64,000 bases of DNA from an uncultured virus (IMG/VR IMGVR_UViG_3300011211_000002) (IMGVR_UViG_3300011211_000002); one strand, 5' to 3'. Shown: positions 48,803 to 59,160, counted from the stretch's first letter. A program made the numbers and translations. The notes: generated from the sequence alone by a model not told the origin.

Positions 48803-49603
48803 ATGAGCTCTTTGAAAAGTACAGATAAAATTTTATTTGAAAAACTCTTTGGAATGGATAGTGGATATGTTTTAAATTTCAATGATAGAAGCTTTCAAGG
48901 ATTTGTAATAGAGTCTACAGGAATTAACATTTATGAAGGTGAATACGATGTATCCATATCAAAAGCAAAGCGATTACGTTTATTTTGGGAAAAGGAAAAT
49001 GATTATATAGTACAAAAACTATTAAAAGAATTAGTTACATACTGGTATAATACAAATGAAGTATTAGGACATACATTCAGTGAAGAAGAGTTGCGTTTAT
49101 ATGATAGATGCTTGAAAATTATAAAATCATTAATAGATCGTAACAGCACAATTGAAGATATTGATTCTTTCTCTTCATTAAATATTTTAAATACTAAAGC
49201 AATTAATTTATTAACTACAGAAATTAAAGAAAAAATAAAAGATAATAATCCAGAACTAGCATTAGACAGATTACATACTTTCAGTGTGAGGTTTTTCAGA
49301 GAGTTATGTAGGAAGCACAATTTAGCATTTGAAAAGGACGATGCACTGCACACACTAATGACTATATACCGTAAATTTATAGAAATGAATTCCAACATAC
49401 AGTCTGAAATGACAATTCAAATTTTAAAGACTAATACAAATATAATGAATAACTTCAACAATGTCAGAAATGATAAAAGCTATGCACATGATAACGTTAT
49501 TCTCAATAAAAATGAAAGTAAATTAATCTGCAATCATGTTATCTCCTTATTGAAATTTATTGATGAAATTGAAGAAATCATAACCGTTAAAAATGATTTG
49601 TAA
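48803..49603 (+). CDS. Abortive infection protein (AbiJ-like N-terminus plus Abi_C/HEPN)
   Basis: FEKLFGMDSGYVLNF, SKAKRLR.FW, LDRLHT, HEPN-like RNDKSYAH; start MSSLK behind GGAGG. Confidence 0.8.
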   Translation: MSSLKSTDKILFEKLFGMDSGYVLNFNDRSFQGFVIESTGINIYEGEYDVSISKAKRLRLFWEKENDYIVQKLLKELVTYWYNTNEVLGHTFSEEELRLYDRCLKIIKSLIDRNSTIEDIDSFSSLNILNTKAINLLTTEIKEKIKDNNPELALDRLHTFSVRFFRELCRKHNLAFEKDDALHTLMTIYRKFIEMNSNIQSEMTIQILKTNTNIMNNFNNVRNDKSYAHDNVILNKNESKLICNHVISLLKFIDEIEEIITVKNDL

Positions 49604-49605
49604 AT

Positions 49606-49653
49606 TTTAGCGACAACAAAGCGTTAAATCCCTAACATTTAGTTGTCGCTAAA
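49606..49653. terminator. Hairpin terminator
   Basis: TTTAGCGACAAC...GTTGTCGCTAAA. Confidence 0.65.
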
Positions 49654-49714
49654 TTATTATTATGTATTTTATAAAACAAATATATTATTTAATACTGACT
49701 TATCCCTCTTCCCA

Positions 49715-49921
49715 TTATTCGATCTTTCTTTCCACAATTAATAGCTCTTCAACACCACAATTTAAGTAGTTGCAGAGAGTCTCTAGTGTGTCAAACTGAA
49801 TCCCCTTTGACGTTTCATGGAATATCCCTCTAATCGCAGTTTTAGATATTCCAGTATCTCTAATTACATCTGTCATTTTTAGTTTTCTTTCGGCAAGTAA
49901 TACTCTAAGGTTTAATTTCAT
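49715..49921 (-). CDS. Cro/XRE HTH regulator (HTH_26-like)
   Basis: LRVLLAERKL..DVIRDTGISK...IQFDTLETLCNYLNC; own promoter TTGCAT-17-TAATGT. Confidence 0.88.
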   Translation of the reverse strand: MKLNLRVLLAERKLKMTDVIRDTGISKTAIRGIFHETSKGIQFDTLETLCNYLNCGVEELLIVERKIE

Positions 49922-50004
49922 TTTAAAAACTCCTTTTTTATATTACATTAACAGCCTAAAGTGCTTTATGCAATACTTTTAAACATTTTTATAAAACGTG
50001 ACTA

Positions 50005-50280
50005 TTATATAAATTGACCTTTATATTCGTTATAGTCATCTAGATAATTTTTGCATATATTATAAATTGCATAGTGACTTTCTGGACAAAAGTCTAAATG
50101 TAAAAGATCACATCTTTGTTTTATTTCTTCAATTTTATCTAATTCATTACATAGTCTATCGAATTTATCTGACAACGTTGGTGAATTTAGCACCCTCCTG
50201 TACTCCTCTTTTATTGAGCAATATACTTCCATAAATCTATATTCATATATCCTAAGATTTTTTATATCCGTAAATTTCAA
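50005..50280 (-). CDS. Hypothetical protein
   Basis: ORF track; elements at 49991 and 50304. Confidence 0.65.
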   Translation of the reverse strand: MKFTDIKNLRIYEYRFMEVYCSIKEEYRRVLNSPTLSDKFDRLCNELDKIEEIKQRCDLLHLDFCPESHYAIYNICKNYLDDYNEYKGQFI

Positions 50281-50317
50281 AGAACCATCTCCTTTTCATT
50301 TTAATAATAGAATCATA

Positions 50318-50503
50318 TTATTTATTTTTTACATTAAACTTATGACATAGATTTTCTAATTCTCTAATTACATCTACACCTCTGTCGTAAAGTAATGAGC
50401 TTATCCTAGCGACTTCTCCTATTTGATAGCTACCCATAGCATGATACTCGACAGATTCATCAATTTTATTTTGATCTTCACTGAACAATATTTTCCGTTC
50501 CAT
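50318..50503 (-). CDS. Hypothetical protein
   Basis: ORF track. Confidence 0.6.
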   Translation of the reverse strand: MERKILFSEDQNKIDESVEYHAMGSYQIGEVARISSLLYDRGVDVIRELENLCHKFNVKNK

Positions 50504-50529
50504 TATGTATTTCCTCCTTCTATTTATCC

Positions 50530-50829
50530 TTATACTAAATGCACTTCTTTACACTCTCTACACTCCCATAAACGTTTATAATTGTATCGCTTATCCTTTT
50601 TACCACGAATCATTTTACCTTCGCATGATGGGCAACTACCTTGTCGTACCTTTGAGCATCTAATTTCTTCTAACCTAGTTACTTCTCTTTCCTGTCTCAT
50701 GATTTCTCTTTCTTCTTTTGTATATTTTTTATTATAATTTCTATTCGCACCTAACATTATAGCAGTAATTGTAGTTAATGGATTTGAACCTAATCCACTC
50801 ACAATCCTATCTAACTCTCGTGTATCCAT
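50530..50829 (-). CDS. Zinc-ribbon protein
   Basis: CPSC...CREC. Confidence 0.65.
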   Translation of the reverse strand: MDTRELDRIVSGLGSNPLTTITAIMLGANRNYNKKYTKEEREIMRQEREVTRLEEIRCSKVRQGSCPSCEGKMIRGKKDKRYNYKRLWECRECKEVHLV

Positions 50830-51037
50830 TTATTCATTCTCCTCATCTTCAAGTTTAATTTCATTTATGAAATACATGTCAGATAAGTATTCATTCAACT
50901 CGTCTACATACTCTTTAGCATTTTCTTCGCTCTTAAAATATTTATTTAATGAAGACGACCCACTACCCATAAACCCTTTACTTCTTATTTCATAAATCAT
51001 ATTTCATTCCTCCTCAACTTTTCATAAAACTCCTCTT

Positions 51038-51226
51038 TTAACTAGCTTTAATTACTTCTTGATTTTCTACAGCATAACTACTTCCACGATCCTTTAACTG
51101 CCCTATCATAATGTCTTTACTTTTAAACATTTTTTGTCCTTCTGATCTAGCGTCTATTTTGCTATAAAATGTTTCATGTACCCATTCAATATCGTTTGCT
51201 TCTGTGAAAGTCCACTGATTATGCAT
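51038..51226 (-). CDS. Hypothetical protein
   Basis: ORF track, GGAGG RBS. Confidence 0.65.
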   Translation of the reverse strand: MHNQWTFTEANDIEWVHETFYSKIDARSEGQKMFKSKDIMIGQLKDRGSSYAVENQEVIKAS

Positions 51227-51267
51227 TTCTAATACCTCCTAAATTTTAGTATTGTTTTCTTCTTAGT

Positions 51268-51314
51268 ATATTAACATTTCCTATTTTTTAGTTCAATATT
51301 AATATTATGTATTT
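51268..51314 (-). promoter_or_regulatory. Sigma-A promoter with AAATACATAA
   Basis: TTGAAC-17-TAATAT with TG; motif at 51305-51314. Confidence 0.65.
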
Positions 51315-51404
51315 AATTTATTAAAAAGAGTAGAAATTAATCTACTCCATAACACTATCCATTAAAAGTAGCATCTGTATTGACAGTTTTAGACCCGTCA
51401 ATCA

Positions 51405-52163
51405 TTATTCTATTTTTTTATGCTTCTCATCTATAGCTCGAACTATTTTTTCTTCTCTCATTTTATGATGACATGTTAAGCATATATTTGATGGTATTCG
51501 TGTATAGTCTCCTCTTTCTCTTTTATTTTTCCAAGGATTATTCTTTCTCATTGAATTAATTGGTTTATTTTCATTGCATATTTTACATTTTTTATATAAC
51601 TTACATGTTTTGAATTCATATGGATTACTGTAGAATGTTATCTTCTTTAATTTTGATAACTCTTGTAAGACTATAGTAGTATTCCATGCATCATCTATGG
51701 CACTATGGATTACCCCTTCATATTGCCTGTTGAATATATCCATCGCTGTTGTAACACTAGGATGACTTTCTAATTCGAAATAGCTTGTAAAATTTTCTTG
51801 TAAGTCACAGTAATTTTTAAGCCATCTATTAAAGTCAAATCTTTCTAGTTCATAATGGTCAAATAATATATTTAAATCACTTTTAGACCAAAAAACTAAA
51901 ATGTAATCGTCTGTTCCGATCCATTTTATGAATTCGTCATTAACTGTATGTATATCATTAGCATTTACAATATCCTGCCTATTTTGATTCATTAAATACT
52001 CATTAGACATAAGCCGTTTAAATTTAGGTTTAACAAATTTATTGAATGTATCTTTTATCTCCATCGATGCATCTAACTTCACAGCTCCAACCTCTACAAT
52101 CGACGACTGTTTACTTCTCCAGTTCTTTTTAGTCGCTTCTAAGTCCACAATAACATATATCAT
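51405..52163 (-). CDS. DEDDh 3'-5' exonuclease (KapD/ERI1-like) with C-terminal zinc finger
   Basis: IVDLEAT, EVGAVK, FVKP, W..SD, HSAIDDAWNT; CKIC...CLTC. Confidence 0.85.
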   Translation of the reverse strand: MIYVIVDLEATKKNWRSKQSSIVEVGAVKLDASMEIKDTFNKFVKPKFKRLMSNEYLMNQNRQDIVNANDIHTVNDEFIKWIGTDDYILVFWSKSDLNILFDHYELERFDFNRWLKNYCDLQENFTSYFELESHPSVTTAMDIFNRQYEGVIHSAIDDAWNTTIVLQELSKLKKITFYSNPYEFKTCKLYKKCKICNENKPINSMRKNNPWKNKRERGDYTRIPSNICLTCHHKMREEKIVRAIDEKHKKIE

Positions 52164-52296
52164 ACATAGTTCACCTCATGTAAATTATATGTAATTCGTA
52201 AATGAAGTATTCATTTAGCATAACTTTTCTAATTCAGCATATAAAATTATAATGGTTTAAATTCTAATATTTTTAGAAATAATTATATACAAGGAT

Positions 52297-52854
52297 GTGA
52301 TTATTTTGAACGTACTTAATCAAGAAGATTTAGATAAAGAAATGTTAGAGAAATATAATTTAAATAATTGTGTAAATTCAACCACAATCAAAGAAAGTAT
52401 CTATGTTAGATTGGTTGCATACGCATTGATATTGGCTTCTGGGTATATGATGAAAATTGAATTTTTCAATTATCCATTATCTTTTAATAAAACATTTATA
52501 TTTGTAATTTTATCTTATTTATTAATTATTCCTACACATGAAATGTTACATTATCTTCCTTTTAAAATACTTAAGTATGATCCAAAATTAAATTTACTAA
52601 ATAATACAATCGATGGAGCAATAAAAAGAGAAGATTTAATGATCATTTCAATATCACCATTAATTATTATCTCTACCTTTTTGGTTGCTCTAATGACCAT
52701 TTTCACTTCTTATACTCCTATATTTTTACTGATACTTGGAATTCACTTACTTACTTGTATTAATGATTTAGCTCAATTTAGCATAGCGAAGAAATTCCAA
52801 AAGGGTTGTTATATAGGAGTTGCTAACAAAACTGAGTACAGAGGATATTTATAA
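52297..52854 (+). CDS. Membrane zincin-like protein (DUF3267-like)
   Basis: TM segments, HEMLH, SP, CIND. Confidence 0.7.
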   Translation: MIILNVLNQEDLDKEMLEKYNLNNCVNSTTIKESIYVRLVAYALILASGYMMKIEFFNYPLSFNKTFIFVILSYLLIIPTHEMLHYLPFKILKYDPKLNLLNNTIDGAIKREDLMIISISPLIIISTFLVALMTIFTSYTPIFLLILGIHLLTCINDLAQFSIAKKFQKGCYIGVANKTEYRGYL

Positions 52855-52870
52855 ATTCTGTACTCAGTTT
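52829..52870. terminator. Bidirectional hairpin
   Basis: AAACTGAGTACAGA...TCTGTACTCAGTTT between convergent genes. Confidence 0.65.
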
Positions 52871-52889
52871 ATACTTCATTAGTTCTTCT

Positions 52890-53093
52890 TCAATAATCAT
52901 CGTCATCAAAAATTATTACCTTATTTTTTGTATCAGTAATCATTTGAATTCGTTCATTAAAAATAATTTCTACATCATTGTCTAATTTAATAGTTACATC
53001 GTCTATCATTTCCAAAGCAATTGGTTTGATTTTATGTGTTATTAAATATTCATCATAATTAACCCAATGTGTCACTTCATATGTATTCATCAT
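52890..53093 (-). CDS. Hypothetical protein
   Basis: ORF track. Confidence 0.6.
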   Translation of the reverse strand: MMNTYEVTHWVNYDEYLITHKIKPIALEMIDDVTIKLDNDVEIIFNERIQMITDTKNKVIIFDDDDY

Positions 53094-53141
53094 AATTCTC
53101 CTTTTTATAATACGAATCTTTTATATAACCATTAAATTTTG

Positions 53142-53921
53142 TTATCCTAAGTACTGCAACGAGTCACTCTTACATTTAGGATAACGTGTTTCTTTCTTAG
53201 TGTTATAACCACCATCATTCGATAATTTTTCATCAGCTTCTTGTTCTGTTGGAAGTTTTAAAGCTGTACTATACCCACATTCCTGATTTATACAAACATA
53301 ATTGCCTTTCGGATCATTATCCATATCTTCTTTGTTCAATTGTTCGCCCATCTGCAATAGTAAATTTCTAAATGGTACAAAATCACCATAATTAGAGTAT
53401 CCTGCTGAATATGTATATGTACGTGGAAAACGTAAATTATGTCGTTGATACTCAATGTATCGTTTAGCCTCATCAAGAATAAAGAAATATGCTACTGGCT
53501 CATAATACTCTTGTATCCATGATATAGCAGTTACTTCGACTCTATAAGCTTCAAAGTAGTCTTTGTAGCTACAAATAGAATGTTCTTCTCCATCCACTCC
53601 TTCAATATCTTTTAAATAGGCTTCATCAAAACTAATTACATTAGCACCTTCAATATCGTTATCGTCTAAGTGATCATTAACTAATTCAACTTCATCTGTA
53701 TACCAACTTTCATGCGCATCATCAGCACAGAATTCAATTGGTAGACCTCCAAACCAATCAGTTAAATCTTCATGATACGGTATGTAATTCTTGCGTTTAG
53801 TTTGTACTACATGAAAAGCATCTCTGGTACACAAATTGTCTATTGCTCCTTCGTAATGCTTGCTTGCAAATTCTTTGAGAAACTTCTCTTGTTTTTCGTT
53901 TAAATCGATTGTGATTTCCAC
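53142..53921 (-). CDS. Hypothetical acidic protein
   Basis: ORF track; bounded by elements at 53107 and 53945. Confidence 0.75.
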   Translation of the reverse strand: MEITIDLNEKQEKFLKEFASKHYEGAIDNLCTRDAFHVVQTKRKNYIPYHEDLTDWFGGLPIEFCADDAHESWYTDEVELVNDHLDDNDIEGANVISFDEAYLKDIEGVDGEEHSICSYKDYFEAYRVEVTAISWIQEYYEPVAYFFILDEAKRYIEYQRHNLRFPRTYTYSAGYSNYGDFVPFRNLLLQMGEQLNKEDMDNDPKGNYVCINQECGYSTALKLPTEQEADEKLSNDGGYNTKKETRYPKCKSDSLQYLG

Positions 53922-53961
53922 TAAATCTCCCCTTTTTTCATTTTATAATATAAGCACTTTA

Positions 53962-54228
53962 TTAAATTCTTTTAGGTTGTTCATTCCATAGCGTCAGCTC
54001 ATCGCTTGGTATTTCACTAAAATCATTTGGCAAATCTCCACCATATTCATCTACATAATTGTCCGTTACTTCATAGGTAGCAAATGAACCATCTAATTCT
54101 TTTTCATTGATCAAACTTAAAAACGCTAAATTACTTATGTTATGTCCTGCTGTATAGATTTTGTCATTAAAATACAACCATGCATAATCTCCTCGTTCCG
54201 CATACACTAATTTAATCTGCGTCATCAT
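53962..54228 (-). CDS. Hypothetical protein
   Basis: ORF track. Confidence 0.65.
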   Translation of the reverse strand: MMTQIKLVYAERGDYAWLYFNDKIYTAGHNISNLAFLSLINEKELDGSFATYEVTDNYVDEYGGDLPNDFSEIPSDELTLWNEQPKRI

Positions 54229-54257
54229 TATCTCTCCTTCTATATAAAATGAACATA

Positions 54258-54770
54258 TTAATCAATTTTTAACATTACGGTTACATTCTCGTTCACACCA
54301 AAATGATATGTATATTTATATCCTCGAATATCCCATTTATCTTTTGAATCTTTGTATGTTACTTTTACAAATGTATATTTATTTATCTTATCGAATTCAA
54401 CCATGACCATTTTAAAGAAAACCTCATTAACATCCTTACGATCTAATGCCCTACCTACATTTCTTGCTTTAGAATTAAATTTTGTAAAGTACTCAATGGC
54501 TCTATATGGATCAATATATTCTTCTCGATTTACATAATCAGCAATAATTACGTATGCATCATTGCTATAGCTGCTTTTACATAAGCGTCTATAAATATCT
54601 TTTGAAAGCAACTTTGCAACATATTCTGGGGTCGCTTTTTTCTTCAATCGTCTATATTTATATTTCTCGAATTTATCAATCGCCCATGCTAACGGATGCA
54701 TGATTTTGTAATATGTATTGAGCGATTTTGATTTAAAATTTTTTATCTTCTTGTATGTTGACGGCTTCAA
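54258..54770 (-). CDS. Hypothetical basic protein
   Basis: ORF track. Confidence 0.7.
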   Translation of the reverse strand: MKPSTYKKIKNFKSKSLNTYYKIMHPLAWAIDKFEKYKYRRLKKKATPEYVAKLLSKDIYRRLCKSSYSNDAYVIIADYVNREEYIDPYRAIEYFTKFNSKARNVGRALDRKDVNEVFFKMVMVEFDKINKYTFVKVTYKDSKDKWDIRGYKYTYHFGVNENVTVMLKID

Positions 54771-54819
54771 TTAATCACTCCTTTTCATTTTATGTATTTG
54801 TTTGAATAATAAATCACTT

Positions 54820-55200
54820 TTATTTAAATATAGATGTTAAACCAATGATATAGTCTGTCTTTGTAATAAATACTTGGTATTCTTCTGTGTGAGTATAATC
54901 GTCGTCAGAACTCATATCCAATTCATTATTATCGCCATCTAATTTAACTTTTCTTTTTAATTCCCAACCATTTTCATTTTCTGTACAATCAAACTGTCTA
55001 ATTGCACAATGAATTGATTCTAGTCGTTTTAATACAGTTTCTTTTAATTCGTTTTTATTCCTAATGTGAATCTCTTCACCCAAATAAACTGTAATGTCGC
55101 TTATTAGTCTATAATAATATGAATCATTGCCGTTCTTGTCTTTATATATCTCTCTTATATCTGCATAGTACGCTCCTATATATGCTTTTTCTCCATACAT
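54820..55200 (-). CDS. Hypothetical protein
   Basis: ORF track; elements at 54806 and 55220. Confidence 0.7.
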   Translation of the reverse strand: MYGEKAYIGAYYADIREIYKDKNGNDSYYYRLISDITVYLGEEIHIRNKNELKETVLKRLESIHCAIRQFDCTENENGWELKRKVKLDGDNNELDMSSDDDYTHTEEYQVFITKTDYIIGLTSIFK

Positions 55201-55249
55201 ATTTTTCGTCTCCTCTTCTATAATATTCAGTTTTTATTTAATCCTATAT

Positions 55250-55726
55250 TTAACTTTCTTCGATAATATCTTTTATTGCATTATGTACTGATTCAATATC
55301 TTTAAATGTGGACAGATACACAAGAGTATCCATATGTTCTTCTGTCAAACTAATAATCTCTTTACCATTTCTAATTAAATGTTCAACCTGATTATTGATA
55401 ATGATATCCAATTCTTTAAATCGTTTCATCATTTCAGGTAAAATTAAATGAATTGCAGCGTCATTATATGTACTTATTCTATATGGTTTATGACATTGCG
55501 AAATATAGTACTCAGCTTGTTCAAGTAATGTTTCGTCTGTTAATTTAGGATAAATATCATTTCGAGCGTATGAATTCATTCTAAAAGTTTGATATTCGTC
55601 TGGTGAAATACTCTTGTCACCAAATTCAGATACATGTTTCTGTGATCCATCATCAAATAATACGTACTTCAATTCATTTTCTTGCTTCAGTTTTTCTACA
55701 TACTCTTTTGGTAATTCAAATCCCAT
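55250..55726 (-). CDS. Hypothetical protein
   Basis: ORF track; elements at 55220 and 55749. Confidence 0.7.
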   Translation of the reverse strand: MGFELPKEYVEKLKQENELKYVLFDDGSQKHVSEFGDKSISPDEYQTFRMNSYARNDIYPKLTDETLLEQAEYYISQCHKPYRISTYNDAAIHLILPEMMKRFKELDIIINNQVEHLIRNGKEIISLTEEHMDTLVYLSTFKDIESVHNAIKDIIEES

Positions 55727-56078
55727 CTACATCGTCTCCTACCTTTCGATAATATCTATCTTTTATGTAATTTTTAAAATAGAATCCAATTGTTTTGAAC
55801 TGTATTAAACTCTTTCTTGACACTTTATATATCAATTTAACTTAAGCTCTCTATTAATTAATAGCGCCTTAATTCATTAGTAAAGCCAAATGCAATTATT
55901 ATATAAGTTCAATTACCAGTATCGTTAAAGCGAATCACCATTAAAGGTTGCATAAATCTTTGTATATAAAGAATAAGATATTAAGATACATAATATACAG
56001 TATTTACGATTTATAATTTCACCTTTTCAGGTAAAATTCCAATCGTGAAAATTTTCCTCTTCTATCTTCCTTCACTAT

Positions 56079-56699
56079 TCATAGCTTATGTAAATTTACA
56101 CTATAATGATTATTAAACTTTTCTAATCCACTATCTCCAAATGGATCATATTCTGCTTTGTGTTTAGTGATAGTAAGTAGTTTTTCTTTTGTTAACAATT
56201 TATTGTACTTTGTAACAGAAAAATTACTTATCCCTAAATCAATTTGAATAGTTTCATAGCTTGGATAACAAAACTGCTTTGACATATTACTTCTATTAAT
56301 ATAAGACTCGTAGTAATACATTAATCTAAATCCAATTAAACCTATATTATCGATTGATTTTAATAGCTCTAAAGGTAACTGTGTAAAGTAATCACTCTTA
56401 TAAGGCTCTAACATTATAAATCGTAATGGTTTATTAATTGGCAGCTTATCTATTTGATTCTTAATTAAGCCTTGATTATGTAAATTTAAAAAACACTTCT
56501 TGAGAGTTCTATTATCTGTGATCCCTGTTACAACTTTTATATCTCTAAGTAAAACATCTATTTCGCTATTATTGAACGCTTTAAACTTCTTATAAAGTAA
56601 ATAAGCATATACTGCAAATGATTTCTCATCAAGATTGAATCCTATATTTCTAACTATTTCCGTTGGCACTTGAAGCCATAATTTAGTTTTATCACTCAT
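56079..56699 (-). CDS. Tandem winged-HTH protein, replication-initiator-like
   Basis: Two repeats (WLQVP..VYAYL..; FTQLP..LMYYY..CYPSYETIQIDLGIS). Confidence 0.6.
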   Translation of the reverse strand: MSDKTKLWLQVPTEIVRNIGFNLDEKSFAVYAYLLYKKFKAFNNSEIDVLLRDIKVVTGITDNRTLKKCFLNLHNQGLIKNQIDKLPINKPLRFIMLEPYKSDYFTQLPLELLKSIDNIGLIGFRLMYYYESYINRSNMSKQFCYPSYETIQIDLGISNFSVTKYNKLLTKEKLLTITKHKAEYDPFGDSGLEKFNNHYSVNLHKL

Positions 56700-56789
56700 T
56701 CAACTTTTACCCTTTATGTATATTATTTATTAATAATTAGGATGCCTCCAATCCATGTTATACAATAATACGTAATACCAACGAAATAA

Positions 56790-57023
56790 TTAGTAACGAT
56801 TTTTCTCCCATATTTCGGTTATTTTATCATTGTCATCTATACCGAAGTCAAATATCATTCCGCAATTATCACACTCTAGATATTCTGGCATCCCATAAGT
56901 TTTGTCCATACTAAGCTCAATTCTTTTAGAAATAGTACCTTTCTTTGTTATTTTGCGATGTTCTGCAATACATTTTTCTCGATATAAAAATAAACTGCCA
57001 ATTTTACAATTTGGGCATTTCAA
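56790..57023 (-). CDS. Zinc-ribbon protein
   Basis: CPNC...CDNC. Confidence 0.65.
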   Translation of the reverse strand: MKCPNCKIGSLFLYREKCIAEHRKITKKGTISKRIELSMDKTYGMPEYLECDNCGMIFDFGIDDNDKITEIWEKNRY

Positions 57024-57076
57024 ATTATCACCTCATCTTCTTTGCAATTTTAAATTTAATAATAGATGTGTTTTAT

Positions 57077-57289
57077 CTAATACCTATTCATTACTTTTCC
57101 GTCAACTTCAAAAGTTAATTTAAAATGTTCTCCTTCGCCATGCCAAGATTTATCATCAAACTTTTTTGATTCCACTAGTGAATAGATTATCTCACTAATA
57201 TCTAGCTTTTCACCATTCATATCAATTAAATACCAATAATCTTGACTATCATCATAATATAAACGACCTTCTAACAATTTATTCCTCAT
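57077..57289 (-). CDS. Hypothetical protein
   Basis: ORF track; elements at 57059 and 57297. Confidence 0.65.
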   Translation of the reverse strand: MRNKLLEGRLYYDDSQDYWYLIDMNGEKLDISEIIYSLVESKKFDDKSWHGEGEHFKLTFEVDGKVMNRY

Positions 57290-57350
57290 CCTTTCAATAA
57301 TAGTTCTATTTTATCTACTGATAGCAACACCTTTAACAAACTACAATCAT

Positions 57351-57638
57351 TTAATCAATTGTAATCAAACCATCTTTTGTACTTTTAAGTCCTAATTTCT
57401 TTAATATTGCATTTAACTGTGCTCTATACCTAGCCTTCAATTTAATCTGTGTTTCTTTATCCTCAAAATAGTCATTTTCATACTTAGACAACCAGTAAGT
57501 GGCCTCACTCATTGGCAATTCCTTAATTACTAACATATTTATTGCACGTAATCGATTACTGAATTCCTGATTAGTTAAGCCTTTATTTTTATAGTAATCC
57601 GAAACAACTTTATAAATTACTTCTTCAGAAAACTCCAT
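57351..57638 (-). CDS. Hypothetical protein
   Basis: Start MEFSE behind AAGGTG. Confidence 0.6.
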   Translation of the reverse strand: MEFSEEVIYKVVSDYYKNKGLTNQEFSNRLRAINMLVIKELPMSEATYWLSKYENDYFEDKETQIKLKARYRAQLNAILKKLGLKSTKDGLITID

Positions 57639-57663
57639 GAAAATACACCTTCTTATATTATCC

Positions 57664-58032
57664 TCAATTTTTGTATGCATCTGTTAAACCTTGAGCATAA
57701 GCTAATAATTTTATTTTAGATTCATCAATTTTCTCTTCTGGTACAGCTTTAATAATTTCTAAAAGTTCTGCCATACATTCATTTGCTGCTATTGCATTCT
57801 TTTGTTCATTTCTCCCTAACAGATAGTCTATAGAAACATCAAAAAAATCGGCTATATTGATTAACGTTTCTAGCGTAGGTTGTTTTGTACCGTTTTCATA
57901 TGCGGTATAGGAAGTCCTTGCTACATTCAATTTGTCAGCAACAAAACCTTGAGTCCAATCCTTATTAGTAATTTTCATTTCTTCTCTTAACTTCTTGAGT
58001 CTCGCTGCTAATATAACCACCATAATCACCAC
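57664..58032 (-). CDS. XRE-family HTH regulator
   Basis: RLKKLRE..WTQ..VADKLNVARTSYTAYENG...FFDVSIDYLLG. Confidence 0.9.
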   Translation of the reverse strand: MVIMVVILAARLKKLREEMKITNKDWTQGFVADKLNVARTSYTAYENGTKQPTLETLINIADFFDVSIDYLLGRNEQKNAIAANECMAELLEIIKAVPEEKIDESKIKLLAYAQGLTDAYKN

Positions 58033-58062
58033 CCTCGTTTTACCTTTAATAATAACTTCATT

Positions 58063-58590
58063 TTATTTACGCAAACCATCTATTACTCTTTTGTGGTACT
58101 CAATATCCTCTTCCTCTACATCAAATACAACTTTCTGATCAACATATTCGTCAAATAATGAAGAATCAAACTTTTCACTCCATCCTATTAAAAACACCTT
58201 TTTACATCCCTTATCAAAGATATTTGTTATTGACTTCGTATTTACGCCCTTTTGATTAATCATCGAGTCTATAGGATAAATGATTGTGTAATCTAGTTTG
58301 TTAGGCGAGTTCTTCCATGTCTTACTATCAATAGAGTCGAAATAAATATCATTAGAACCAAATTCATAAGGAGTACCAGTTTTAAAGTTATTACTGGCAT
58401 TTAAAAATGTATCTAAATTTTTAAGTGTATTTGCTCTGAAAAGAATATTTTTATGTTCAGCCTCATTTCCTAAAATAGAAAGTACCAACTTATGCTTTTC
58501 ATACATATGTGTACCCGTTAACAATAAACACCTTCTATCAGAATTAATAAAATCTATTATCTGTTCTTTTGCTTTTTTTCTAGTATTCAT
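58063..58590 (-). CDS. Hypothetical protein (degenerate P-loop-like start)
   Basis: CLLLTGTHMYEKH. Confidence 0.65.
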   Translation of the reverse strand: MNTRKKAKEQIIDFINSDRRCLLLTGTHMYEKHKLVLSILGNEAEHKNILFRANTLKNLDTFLNASNNFKTGTPYEFGSNDIYFDSIDSKTWKNSPNKLDYTIIYPIDSMINQKGVNTKSITNIFDKGCKKVFLIGWSEKFDSSLFDEYVDQKVVFDVEEEDIEYHKRVIDGLRK

Positions 58591-58608
58591 GCAACTTCAC
58601 CTCATAAT

Positions 58609-58926
58609 TTATTTCAATAACTTTTCAATTTTTAAAATGATCGATTCTAACTTAATTTTATTTTCAGTTAAATTATTTTTGATAAGTACTAATTCCTCTT
58701 TTGAAAATAGTTCGATATCAGAAAAATCTATATCATCATTGCCTAATAAAAAATCTACACTCACGTCAAGTTTCGATGATAATATCAAAAGCATGTCAAT
58801 TGATGGAGTACTATACCCATTCTCATAATTACTAATTGTTGCTTTAGTTGTCGTTACTAATTCAGCTAATTCTTCTTGAGTGTATTTTTTGTTTTTACGA
58901 GCAATTTTTAATCTTTTCTGGAACAT
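58609..58926 (-). CDS. XRE-family HTH regulator
   Basis: RLKIARK..YTQEELAE..TISNYENG..P..LDVSVDFLLG. Confidence 0.9.
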   Translation of the reverse strand: MFQKRLKIARKNKKYTQEELAELVTTTKATISNYENGYSTPSIDMLLILSSKLDVSVDFLLGNDDIDFSDIELFSKEELVLIKNNLTENKIKLESIILKIEKLLK

Positions 58927-58983
58927 AATTCACCTTCTTCTATTACCCAGATTAGTAAAATATTTTTTTTATTTTCACTTAAA

Positions 58984-59160
58984 TTACTTTTGTGAACCTT
59001 CATATTCCTTTATTTCACAATTCTCATTAGGTAAATTCAATTCTGCATAGCTTTCAGCTTCCTCTTTTGTTTCGAATAAGGTAGGTATTCTATGTTCAGT
59101 AATAATTGTCCCTGTTGTTGATTTAATTGCCCATTGATTTCCTATCTTTATAAAAAACAT
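58984..59160 (-). CDS. Small hypothetical protein
   Basis: Start MFFIK behind GAGG. Confidence 0.6.
   Translation of the reverse strand: MFFIKIGNQWAIKSTTGTIITEHRIPTLFETKEEAESYAELNLPNENCEIKEYEGSQK

Noticed and set aside
913..59000. Many plus-strand ORFs in the track overlapping minus-strand genes (e.g. 1990-2409, 9517-9828, 25099-25524, 30067-30456)
   Set aside because: Antisense shadows of real genes: Ser/Leu/Phe-rich with no RBS
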